Assembly (NCBI GenBank): GCA_965226495.1
Contig: OZ245365.1
Coordinates: 2,368,001 to 2,432,000 of the forward strand
Source of the DNA: Candidatus Marinacidobacterales bacterium
GTDB taxonomy: Bacteria; Acidobacteriota; Vicinamibacteria; Marinacidobacterales; DATDRI01
Direction: 5' to 3'
Length of the DNA: 64,000 nt
The notes under the pieces were generated by a model. It did no database searches and had not been told where the DNA came from. It saw nothing but the letters and a program-made list of their open reading frames with translations. Position numbers and translations under genes: made by a program. Positions 10,647 to 20,400 of the stretch are shown here, in pieces. Position 1 is the first letter of the stretch. Every line of letters begins with the position of its first letter.

Positions 10647-10702
10647 GTGAGCCGATCCGGCGTTCGAATACGAACTAGTTAGATAGAGGAGCGGACACTC
10701 GG
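10647..10702 (+). repeat. 56-bp upstream motif, copy 2
   Basis: GTGAGCCGATCCGGCGTTCGAATACGAACTAGTTAGATAGAGGAGCGGACACTCGG. Confidence 0.9.
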
Positions 10703-10767
10703 GAGAAAAGCCGCGCTATCTCGCCGTCAACGTCCCACAGGTGTCGTAAACCGCATAGGAGGAAGCC

Positions 10768-13700
10768 ATGAAGTTTCTGCGTGTGATTCTCTTGATTGGG
10801 TCAACGATGCTGGTTCCAACATCCCTTGCGAGTGCTCATCAATCCCCGGAACAGAGCTTTACCGGGCCGATCAACCAGTCGCTCAATATCAACGCTTTCC
10901 AGCTGGCGCAAGAGTTCACCCCAACCGTATCGAACCTCGTTGCTGTAGACATTCTGCTGGATGAGCCGACTCGGCCTATTGGCCAGACGGGCACCATAAC
11001 GGTAATTATCAAATCAGGGGACGGGACGGAACTCGGCTCAACGAGCCAGCTTGTGACCACCATTGGAGGCAGTTTTGCCAACCCGCACACCGTCCACTTC
11101 GACTTCGCGGCACCCGTCATCTTGACCCCGGAGCAAACCCACCTCATCGAGGTTCAGTCAGCGGAGCTCCTCTTCAACTGGGGCGCTCAAGCAGCTTTCA
11201 CCGACCCTTATACACGGGGACGTGCAATCGTTGACGGTAATCCCGAGCCGACCTTGGGACGACCAGAACCGACCCGGGACTTTGGCTTCACAACGTACTC
11301 TGAAGAGCCTCCTCCTCCTCCGTGCACCGAAACCATTGCGTTTGTGACCGAGCGCGACGCCGGTAGGCTCTCCGCGGTCGACCTTGCTTCGGGCAACATC
11401 CCTTTTCTGATTGGCCCACCGCGTTTGAGCAAGCCTCGGGGTGTTACCCTCAATGCGGCAGAGTCCAATGTCTTCATGACCGACCTCGACACTGGTCAGA
11501 TCGCGATCTTCGACTTCGCCACGGGCGTTCTCTCCCAGTTGTCTTTCGGGTTGACGACCCCGGTTGGGTTGGCCCTCAACGACGATGAAGACACCCTCTT
11601 CGTGACCGACCGCGACACCGGCGGGCTCTCGGCAGTCGATCCCCTCACGCGCGCGACCACCCCAGTGACGAGCAGCCTGAGTGGGCCGAGAAACGTCGTC
11701 CTCAACGCCGCCGAAGACACTGCTTTCGTGACGGAGGCGGACCGGCTCGTGGCGGTCAACCTCACCGCCGGGCCGACATTTGGCGCCATCATGCCGATCG
11801 CAGAAGGGCTCGATATGGCGGATGGTTTGGCCATCAACGCCGCCGAAACGACGGCATTCGTGACACAAGTCGCGAGTGGTGAGCTCTCCGCGATCGATCT
11901 CACCGCCGGGCCGACATTTGGCACCGTCTCCACGATAACGACCAACCTGACGACTCCCGTGGGTCTCGCCCTAAGTTCCGATGAGACCACTGTCTTCGTG
12001 GTCGAGCGCGACAGCGGAGAGCTGTCGGCGGTCGACGTGACCCCGGATGGCATGGGCGGGGTTACGCTTATTGCGGCCGGCCTGACCACCCCGGTCGGTG
12101 TGGCCCTCGGTTGTGGGGCGGGCACGATACAGATCCCGCTCCGGTGGTGCGCAGTGGATAGAGCTCCATCAATCGACAATCCCGGGCAGGTCCTTGAGAG
12201 CAGCACGGATGACGTCCTCGTGAGGCGTCATGAGCGGGTGAACGACAACATCTTTCTCCACCAGTCCCGAATAGCCTTCCGTTCTGGAGCCACCGTGGAC
12301 CTACCTCATCTGCCGATCATCCCAGATCCCGACACGAGTATAGGACTGCCAGGCGACGTATTCTTCCTCACCGACTTGTCTGGCCCCAAGGATGTTGCCC
12401 TCAACACTGCGGAGACGAAGTTGTTCGTGAACGAATCCAATACAGGTGAGCTCTCCGAATTCGACCTCACCATGAGAACGATCACAACAAAAGCCTCCGG
12501 TCTGAGGTCCCCGTCCGGACTTGCCCTCTTCGCCGGGGGTTCGAAAGCCTTGGTGACCGAGAATGTCTCGCGCTTGTTGGGTGGGCAGCTCTCGGAGGTC
12601 GACCTCGACAGCGGGATGGTCAGGACAGTTGTCCCCGCCGATTTGAGTCTGGGCTTTGGACTCGGCGGGGTTGCTTTGAACGCCGCCGAGACGAAGGCCT
12701 ATGTGGCCGAGGGGGAGAGCGGCAAGCTATCAGAGATCGTCCTTGCCACGGGCAGCATCAGGGTCATTGCCTCCGGTCTGAGTAGCCCCTTCGGGGTTGC
12801 CCTCAAGGCCCCCGAGTCACCTGTTGAGGATGAGACGCATGCGTTTGTGACCGAACGGGGCAGTCCCGGTAAGCTCTCGGAGGTCGAGCTCCTCACGGGC
12901 AACGTCCGCGAGATCACTTCGGCTCTTCGTTTCCCCGGTGACCTCGCCCTCATCGCCGGGGAGACGAAGGCCTTGGTGGCCGACTTCACGGAGCTGGTGG
13001 AGGTCGATCTCGAAAGCGGCATGATCACCACCAAGGCCTCCAGTCTAAATGGGGTGGCATCGACACTCGCCGTCAACAATGCAGAGACGAAGGCCTTCGT
13101 ACTAGAGGTCCAAACGCGCGAGATCTCGGAGGTTGACCTCACCACCACCACGCCCCCAAACGTTACCAACCTCTTCACACCCACGATGGATTACAACGAG
13201 TCTCAACGTCTCACAAACGCCTGTAGGACGGTATGGGAGGCCGGAGATCCGACCGTAACTGGCATTCCGGCTGTTCACATAAGGCTGTTTGTCGACGCCG
13301 ACGGAGATCCAATAGGCACGATAGGGCTTGCCTTGGGAGGCGCCATTGTGATCGATAACGCATTCCTACTCCCGTGCACGCAGCAACCCACCTCCTCCTG
13401 TTTGGCGGTTAATAACGATCCTGTGGACAAACTGCTGGGCCATGAGCTGGGCCACGAGCTCGGCCTGGGGCATGGCAACGGCCTAGACGACGACGGTGAC
13501 GGCCAGATAGACGAGCCCGGCGAACTCGAACCACCCGGCGATCGGAACCTCATGGAAAGCAACCTCCCCGCGATTGAGATAACCACGGCCCAAAGCCTCA
13601 TAATGCGCGGTGTGGCTCAGTCGATTCCGGACGCGGAGGTGAATCCCTCACCGCTAACACTCGCTAGCAGTCGCACGGACCCACTTGGCGATGTACCGGC

Positions 13701-14844
13701 GGGACAGGAGTTCATCGACATTGATAGCTTTGGCGTGAGCCAGCACAAGGGAATAACTACGCTGTCTCTGTCCGTCGCGGGACTCTTTCCTGAGAGCATT
13801 GCCGACCTGAAGTACTTTTTCGTGGCGGACCTAGATGACGATCCGTCCACGGGAGGCTCACCCCCCGGAGTTCCCAGCAGCTTTGCAGGGGCAGAGCTCG
13901 CCGGTTCGGTTCGAGTCGACGTAAGCGAAGGGATTGCGACGGCGACCCCCACGGTCTTGAAGTTTCAGGCGAGCTCGAGCTCTTTCGTCACGGTTGTAGA
14001 CCCAAGCATCCAGGCGCGGGTCCTGACGCGGCGCGTCCGATTCCAGGGACTGCCTCTCCCGGGAGCGCTGACCGAGGACGACGTCGGACAGGAGATTCGA
14101 TTGGAGTTCGCTAACGCGGTGAGCGGTCCGTTGGCCAACGACATTCGACTCGAAGCTATCGCCGAAGGCCCGGGCGGGAGCGACACGGCTTCCGCGTCGC
14201 TGACGTTCCGCAAGCCCCTCTTCGCCAGCTGTACGGCCGATCCCCCATCGACGCCCACCGCGACCCAGGTGACGGTCACTGCCCAAGGCCTTCCCCCTTT
14301 TGGAATCGGTGAGGTTTTTCTCGGCACCGACCTTGTGGCGGATGGCGCCATCGACGGCGTCGGCCGCGCCAGCTTCAGTTTCGACATCCCGATCGACAGC
14401 CCAGGCGGGACCCGCTCGGTGACCGTCCACGTGGTCGATACGGCCATCACCGCCGATTGCGCCGTCACCGTGGAGGCAGCGTCTGTCGGCATCGACATCA
14501 AGCCAGGCAAGCTCCCGAACAGCGTCTCCTTGAATGACAGGGGCAACCTCCCGGTGGCCATCTTGGGGAGCGCCGAGCTCGATGTCACGACGATCGATCC
14601 GGACACGATCGAGCTTGGGGGCGTGAAGCCAGCCACCCGCGGATCGGCGCGCAATCCGAAGCCGGCCATCTCCTATAAGGACGTCAACTCAGACGGCGAC
14701 ACCGACCTGATCGCCTTCTTCAGGGTGCAGGACCTAGTCGATGCAGGCGTGCTGAGCCCGACGACAGCGCGCATGACCCTGGGGGCGAAAATCGTCGACG
14801 GAGGACCGTTAGAAGGAACCGACTCGGTCAATGTGGTTCCATAA
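10768..14844 (+). CDS. Secreted beta-propeller (YVTN/NHL-like) protein with metzincin-type motif and C-terminal DIKPG domain
   Basis: AGGAGG RBS; signal peptide MKFLRVILLIGSTMLVPTSLASA; repeated L..P.G.ALN..E..AFVTE...G.LS.VDL blades in two blocks; HELGHELGLGH then NLM; GIDIKPGKLPN...GTDSVNVVP. Confidence 0.88.
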   Translation: MKFLRVILLIGSTMLVPTSLASAHQSPEQSFTGPINQSLNINAFQLAQEFTPTVSNLVAVDILLDEPTRPIGQTGTITVIIKSGDGTELGSTSQLVTTIGGSFANPHTVHFDFAAPVILTPEQTHLIEVQSAELLFNWGAQAAFTDPYTRGRAIVDGNPEPTLGRPEPTRDFGFTTYSEEPPPPPCTETIAFVTERDAGRLSAVDLASGNIPFLIGPPRLSKPRGVTLNAAESNVFMTDLDTGQIAIFDFATGVLSQLSFGLTTPVGLALNDDEDTLFVTDRDTGGLSAVDPLTRATTPVTSSLSGPRNVVLNAAEDTAFVTEADRLVAVNLTAGPTFGAIMPIAEGLDMADGLAINAAETTAFVTQVASGELSAIDLTAGPTFGTVSTITTNLTTPVGLALSSDETTVFVVERDSGELSAVDVTPDGMGGVTLIAAGLTTPVGVALGCGAGTIQIPLRWCAVDRAPSIDNPGQVLESSTDDVLVRRHERVNDNIFLHQSRIAFRSGATVDLPHLPIIPDPDTSIGLPGDVFFLTDLSGPKDVALNTAETKLFVNESNTGELSEFDLTMRTITTKASGLRSPSGLALFAGGSKALVTENVSRLLGGQLSEVDLDSGMVRTVVPADLSLGFGLGGVALNAAETKAYVAEGESGKLSEIVLATGSIRVIASGLSSPFGVALKAPESPVEDETHAFVTERGSPGKLSEVELLTGNVREITSALRFPGDLALIAGETKALVADFTELVEVDLESGMITTKASSLNGVASTLAVNNAETKAFVLEVQTREISEVDLTTTTPPNVTNLFTPTMDYNESQRLTNACRTVWEAGDPTVTGIPAVHIRLFVDADGDPIGTIGLALGGAIVIDNAFLLPCTQQPTSSCLAVNNDPVDKLLGHELGHELGLGHGNGLDDDGDGQIDEPGELEPPGDRNLMESNLPAIEITTAQSLIMRGVAQSIPDAEVNPSPLTLASSRTDPLGDVPAGQEFIDIDSFGVSQHKGITTLSLSVAGLFPESIADLKYFFVADLDDDPSTGGSPPGVPSSFAGAELAGSVRVDVSEGIATATPTVLKFQASSSSFVTVVDPSIQARVLTRRVRFQGLPLPGALTEDDVGQEIRLEFANAVSGPLANDIRLEAIAEGPGGSDTASASLTFRKPLFASCTADPPSTPTATQVTVTAQGLPPFGIGEVFLGTDLVADGAIDGVGRASFSFDIPIDSPGGTRSVTVHVVDTAITADCAVTVEAASVGIDIKPGKLPNSVSLNDRGNLPVAILGSAELDVTTIDPDTIELGGVKPATRGSARNPKPAISYKDVNSDGDTDLIAFFRVQDLVDAGVLSPTTARMTLGAKIVDGGPLEGTDSVNVVP

Positions 14845-14927
14845 GGTTGCGGCTCCGAAAGGGGCTGGCGGAGACGCAACTCTGTCCGGACCAGTCCGAC
14901 TTTTCCCACCACAAACTTTGGCGCTCC

Positions 14928-14983
14928 GTGAGCCGATCCGGCGCGCGAATACGAATTAGTTAGATAGAGGAGCCGACGCTCGG
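14928..14983 (+). repeat. 56-bp upstream motif, copy 3
   Basis: GTGAGCCGATCCGGCGCGCGAATACGAATTAGTTAGATAGAGGAGCCGACGCTCGG; also shares the upstream ACAAACTTTG with copy 1. Confidence 0.9.
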
Positions 14984-15008
14984 CGGAAAGCGACGCTATG
15001 GAAGTATC

Positions 15009-15037
15009 TTGACATGTGGAAAGCGCGCCAATACACT
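15009..15037 (+). promoter_or_regulatory. Putative sigma70 promoter
   Basis: TTGACA-N17-TACACT upstream of ATG 15106. Confidence 0.55.
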
Positions 15038-15105
15038 CCGCCGCAGCAGGTCGCCCAACCGGCCGCCACCACGTCTAGCCAGAAGCCTGAAAATTTAGGT
15101 TTCCC

Positions 15106-17245
15106 ATGAGGAGAAAAACTCCTTCGCCCGGGCTTACCAGGCCGCTGGGCGTTCTTCTGTTTCCTTCGCTCATTTTTTCGCTAGCTCCTGCGACAAGCTG
15201 GGCCCAAGCTCCGGATCCCGACCTGAACAACGACGGCACGGTCAATATCCTCGATGTTTCCCTGGTCAGTAGCTGTTTCGGTCAACAGCCACCGCTTCCT
15301 CCTCAACTCTCCATTGTCGATCCAACGGACGGGAGCGTTGTCAATGTGGTGACGGTGGATGTCTCGGGGACCGTCGCCCCAGAGAACGTTGCGGTTGACG
15401 TGAATGGCGTTGAGGCCTCTTTGGACCAGGGCACGTTCTCCGCCATCGGGATTGCCCTTCAGGAAGGGCCGAACACGGTAATCGCTACCGCCACCACGGA
15501 GTCCAACGCGTGCATTCCCGCCGACACGAATGTGGACGGCGCGGTGGACATGACGGACCTTAACTTCGTCACGGGGAGTTTCGGCCAAGGCGGTTTTCCT
15601 GTCGGGCCTCCACCCGCGGCCACACGGACGGAAACGGCACGCATCAACCTCATCGCAGATATACCGCTCACCATAACCATCACCGAGCCTGAGGAGGGTG
15701 CCGTCTTCGGCATGTCCCCTATCACGGTCCGGGGCACGGTCAGCGACTCGGATGCGCGGGTCATTGTTGAGGACATCATCGCCACCGTCTCGGGTACGAG
15801 TTTCGAGGTAGTCGAAGTCCCCCTAACGGAGGGGCCGGAGACTCTGACGGCTCGAGCCCTCAACGGCGCCCGTGAAGAGGCCGTCGCGACGCGCCACGTA
15901 TTTCTCGATACGAGGCCTCCGACCCTCAGCATCCTCTCCCCCGGCGACCGTTCCGTCTTCATCGAACCTACGGTGACGGTGTCGGGGTTCGTGAACGACG
16001 CGACCGCTCTCACGGCGAGTATTAATGATGACCCCGTGACGGTTGAAGAGAGTCGACTCGATGGGACAGTGATCCTCGATCCTGGGGAAAATCTCCTTAT
16101 GGTCACCGTCGAAGATGCCGCGGGGAATAGCACGAGTCGCCGACTCACGCTTTACCTCGACACGGTGCCGCTCGCCATCACCGCGGTCGAGCCGCCGGAC
16201 GGAGAAGACCAGGTCGACCCTGCAAGTGGCGTCACCGTCACTTTCTCCGAAGCCGTCAATCCGGGAACGTTCGGCGCCACTTCCTTCTTCCTTCAAGCCG
16301 GTTCCCGTGTCCTGGCGGCCGACGTTCTGGTTTCCCCGGACGGGCTCACGGGTAGTCTGATCCCTTCAGCGGTCTTTCCTTCCGGGACGATGATCGAAGT
16401 GAGAGTCACCACGGCCGTGACCGACGTCGCCGGCAACCCCCTCCCTACGCCCTTCACCAGTCGTTTCATCACCTCGGGCGATGTGGCCGAGGCGGGCGTG
16501 GTCATCGGGGAAGTCTATGACGACACGCTGGGGCTGCCCCTCAAGGGCGCATTCGTCGAAGCGCTGACGACGGATACCGGCATCAGCGTCGACCAAGCGC
16601 AGACCGACGAACGGGGCCGCTATTTCCTCTCTCCCGGACGGAGCGACGTTTCGATTCGGGCCTCGAAGCCCGGATTCACGGTCGTGGAGCGGGCGATACA
16701 GATCCGGGAGGCATCCTTTGCAGAGGCCTTGGATGCGAGGCTGACTCCGTTGGGCAGGCCTCAGAATGTCGAAGCGGTGCTCGGCGCCGAAGTGGGAACC
16801 CCCGAAGGGGACTCGCTTCAAATCCCCGCCGGAGCCATCGATTCGGATGGAGAGGTGACTCTGACTTCGGTAAGCCAGCAAGGGCCCCGCGCGGCGTTCC
16901 CCCCAGGCTGGACCCCCCTCGCCATCGTCGATATCGCGTCACCGGAACCCTTTACCCCACCGGCCACGGTAGCGGTGATCGACCGTGCCGGCGCTCTCCC
17001 GGGATCGGAAGCCATCTTTGCGCAATTCGATGAAGCTTCCGCCACCTGGGTTGCCAAGGCCCATGCGATCCTGCCCGTGGAAGGAGCCACCGAGCTCGAT
17101 GACGTCTCGGGACCGGGCCAGTACGCGCTCGTCGTTCCCGATACAGGAGACGGCGCACCGATCGAAGCGGTACTAGGTGAAGCCCCTCGGCTCCGGCAGC
17201 TTGGTTCCCATCCCGGAAGGCTCGGAGGCATTCGGCACGGTGACA
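15106..17245 (+). pseudogene. Large secreted dockerin-like/Ig-fold/Big_5/carboxypeptidase-regulatory-like protein, truncated
   Basis: Signal peptide; DLNNDGTVNILDVSLV and DTNVDGAVDMTDLNFV; Ig repeats (EGPNTV.ATA, DAAGN); VTVTFSEAVN. Apparent frameshift near 17182; the alternate frame ends at the IS remnant. Confidence 0.75.
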
Positions 17246-17420
17246 AGATCCCGAAATATCTACAAGTTCTTGAGACATTATGAGTTGTTTCGGCTGCGTG
17301 ACGAATGATCTTCATTCGCCAATTCACTAGCCGCTGTCGTTCCGTCTTCTTCATGTTGCACTACCTCCCTGCAGCACTTAAAAGAAGACTAGTGTGTCAC
17401 CTCTGTCCTGGGGTTTTACA
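17246..17420 (-). mobile_element. IS481-family remnant: one end plus transposase N-terminal HTH
   Basis: Minus strand starts TGTAAAACCCCAGGACAGAGGTGACAC, then GGGAGG RBS and MKKTERQRLVNWRMKIIRHAAETTHNVSRTCRYFGI; AT-richer than the flanks. Confidence 0.7.
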
Positions 17421-17461
17421 GTGATCTTTTTTTGGTCGTCCGTACAGTCCAGATACGCAGT

Positions 17462-20400
17462 TCAGCTAGCGTCGACCGAGACTTGGCCAGACTCAACAGG
17501 AAGTTTTATCAGTACGCGAGTACCCTTGCCGACTTCACTCTCCACCGAAATGTCTCCTCCGTGCTCTTCCACCGCTTTGTGCACGATGGCGAGCCCGAGT
17601 CCGGTCCCTGCGGCGCGAGTCGAAAAGTAAGGCTCGAAAATACGGGCGAGAGTCTCGGCATCGATCCCTACGCCGGTGTCGGAAATTTCCATCTCCACCC
17701 AATCGTGTCCATCCGAATGGCTGGGGCGCAGCGTGACGAGAACACGCCCGTCGCCGTTCTTTGAGCTGAGGGCGTTCAGAGAGTTCTCTACCAGGTTAAT
17801 GATCGCGCGCTGGATGATGCGGCGATCTAATGTAATCGTCGGAAGGGAAGGGGACGACTCAATCTCGATACTCACTCCCGGGGGAGGGGCCTGCCGGTAA
17901 GGCTCGAGTGTCTCTTTGAGCAATTGCTCGAGGTCCGTGGGCTCGGGGCTGAGCGGAAATGGGGACGCGAAGGAAGAAAACTCCATCGAGATCCTGCGGA
18001 GGTTTTGTATTTGCTGGAGGATTGTATCGGAACAGCCCTTCAGCACTTCATCGAAATCGACATTCGGATCCTGGTAGACGCGCAGAAGGTGCTCGGTGGA
18101 GAGCTGAATCGGGGTCAGGGGATTCTTGATCTCGTGCGCGACTTGACGGGCCATCTCGGCCCAAGCTTCCAGTTTCTTGCTTCGCTCCAGATGTTCGCGC
18201 TGGCGTTTCAAATCGGTCGTCATTTGGTTGAAGCTTCGGAAGAGGGCACCGATTTCATCCCGGGAGGAGGTATCGAGACTCACGTCGAAGTCGCCTTGGG
18301 CGACGGCATGGGTGGTGGCGGTTAAGGTGTTGATGGGACCGGCGATCCTGCGTGCCAACAAGTAAGCCAACGTCGCCGCAATCAAGAAGAAACAGAGGGC
18401 GGCCAACAACACCATCTGATTAAGCTCGGCCACCCGTTCGTCGATCTCGCGTTGCCGGCTGGCCAAGGGAAGGGAGAGGATTCCCGGTTCCCGCCAACGT
18501 TCGAGCGCGATCGGAACCGACACCACGAGGTACTGGAACGCACCCACTGACTCGCGGTGGATGGAGTGACTAGCTCGCCGTATGACGACCTCCCGATAGA
18601 CCGCGGGGACGGCGCGGGTGGGGAGCAGTCCGCTGTCGAAAAGCTCTCGCTCGCTGGTGGCTACCAGCTCGCCGCGGCTATAGAGATCGACGTCGGCCTT
18701 GACCAGGCTGCTGACCCATTCCAAAAGAGGGTCGCTCACGGCGGCGACGCCTCTTTCGCTGGCGTCGATTCGGTCCAGCAATAGGTAGTCACGGACAAAG
18801 CGACTGACGACTCTCGCCCGTGCGATGCCTTCTTGTTCTACGTCTTGTTGGAGCTGCTGCACCATGATCCCGCGCACGAGAAAGGCAAGAGACGCAATGG
18901 GGATGAGCGCTAGGAGAACGAAGGCGACGAAGAGCTTGCCGTAGAAACTGGTCCCAACGTCGGCCCAGAAGTCACTCGGTCGGAGGGTTTTCGGACCCCC
19001 CAAGAGTCCGATCCACATCGGAATCGATAAACAAAATAGGGCGATAAGCGCGACGAGAATCGCCCAGCTAGCAACATCGGCCCCGTACCCAAGAAACGCT
19101 TTCGCGGGAAAGGCCAGGGCATAGACGTACTGAGGATCGGAAAAAATGAGGGTGTGATAACGATTGCCCTCTAGATACTTGTCGGTCCAGCGGGGCTCGG
19201 ATTCTACCGAGTCCTTCGCTCCCCAGCCCATTACGTCGAGCGAAAGCGCTGGGTCCGGTGGAAAGATCGGGCTGCCGTCCTGATCGAGCACATAGAGCGC
19301 GAGCTCTCGATGCGGGAATGGCAAGGGGGCATCGGCGGTGGGAGAACGAAACAAATCGATGTACGGATTCGGAGTATCGATGAATGCCAAGTTGCTCCAG
19401 TCCGCTACCAACCTGATCTGAAAGTCCCATTGGCTCCCGTCCTCGGCAGGGAAGCCACGGCGGGCGTGAAAGACTCGTGGGCGGTTAGGCTCACCCGGGT
19501 AGGTCTCCTCGTCGATAACCCACTCTTGCGGAGTTGGGCCTTCCGGTTGGTGCCACCCGAGCTCGGTGTCTGGAAAGTTCAGCGCGAATCGGGAAACGAG
19601 AGTTCCCTCCTCGTCGAATACCTCGACCGCCGAGCTCAAAGCGAAGACCGAGAGATCCGACCCGGACCACACGCGATAGGCGATCTGATTGCGGTCGGGC
19701 GAGGCGAGTTGGCCGGCCACGTGCATGCGCTCAATCGCCCTGAGGGTCTCGCGCATGACGTAGAGTTGGGAGTCACCATGGTGAAGTACGAGCGGAGCAA
19801 CCGTTCCCTGAATGAACTCCCGGGCGATGCGGTTCTCGTAGTAGGCGATCGCGGGGTAGAACGCAAGAACAGGAACGAATAAGGCCAGAAAGAGAGTGGC
19901 GAACCGGGAATAGACACCGCCCTGTTGTAGCTTGCCGACGAACCACGTCCGAGCGAAGGCCAGGAATTCGAAGGCTAACAAGAGTGGCAACGCGAGAGCG
20001 AGCGTCGCCGAATCGGAACCGCGCGAGAAGATGGAATAGGCGAAGGCGAAAACCAAAACATCCAACGCCCAATACCGGGCGAGCCTATGGAGCGAACGGC
20101 TGCTGCTCCCCTCGCTCGTCTTTTCAACGAGCGCTATGAGTAAGACGATGAGGATCCCGGCAGTGAACAAAAACATGAGCAACGCCAGTTGTACTGCCAG
20201 GCGAGGGAGAGCCGGTGGAATGAGGCCGGGCGAGGCCAAGGGCAAGTTGGAATTGCTCCACGTGTTGGAAAGGATTCCCAAAGTCAGGAGCAGTAGAGCG
20301 AGCGCGCCGACGCGAGTGGACACGTGTGCCAGGAAGGCACCTAGCCATCCTTGGAGGCCTTGCAGGCCTTGCAGGCCTCGCAGACTCCGGACGGGTTCGC

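Noticed and set aside
7227-14983. 56-bp repeats as integron attC sites or CRISPR repeats
   Set aside because: GTTAGAT fits GTTRRRY in two copies, but there is no inverse core site, no long palindrome and no intI or cas gene; the spacing is kilobases.
16818-17245. C-terminal part of the 178-aa minus ORF as transposase
   Set aside because: Only the first ~36 residues look like a transposase HTH; the rest is read-through antisense to the secreted protein gene.
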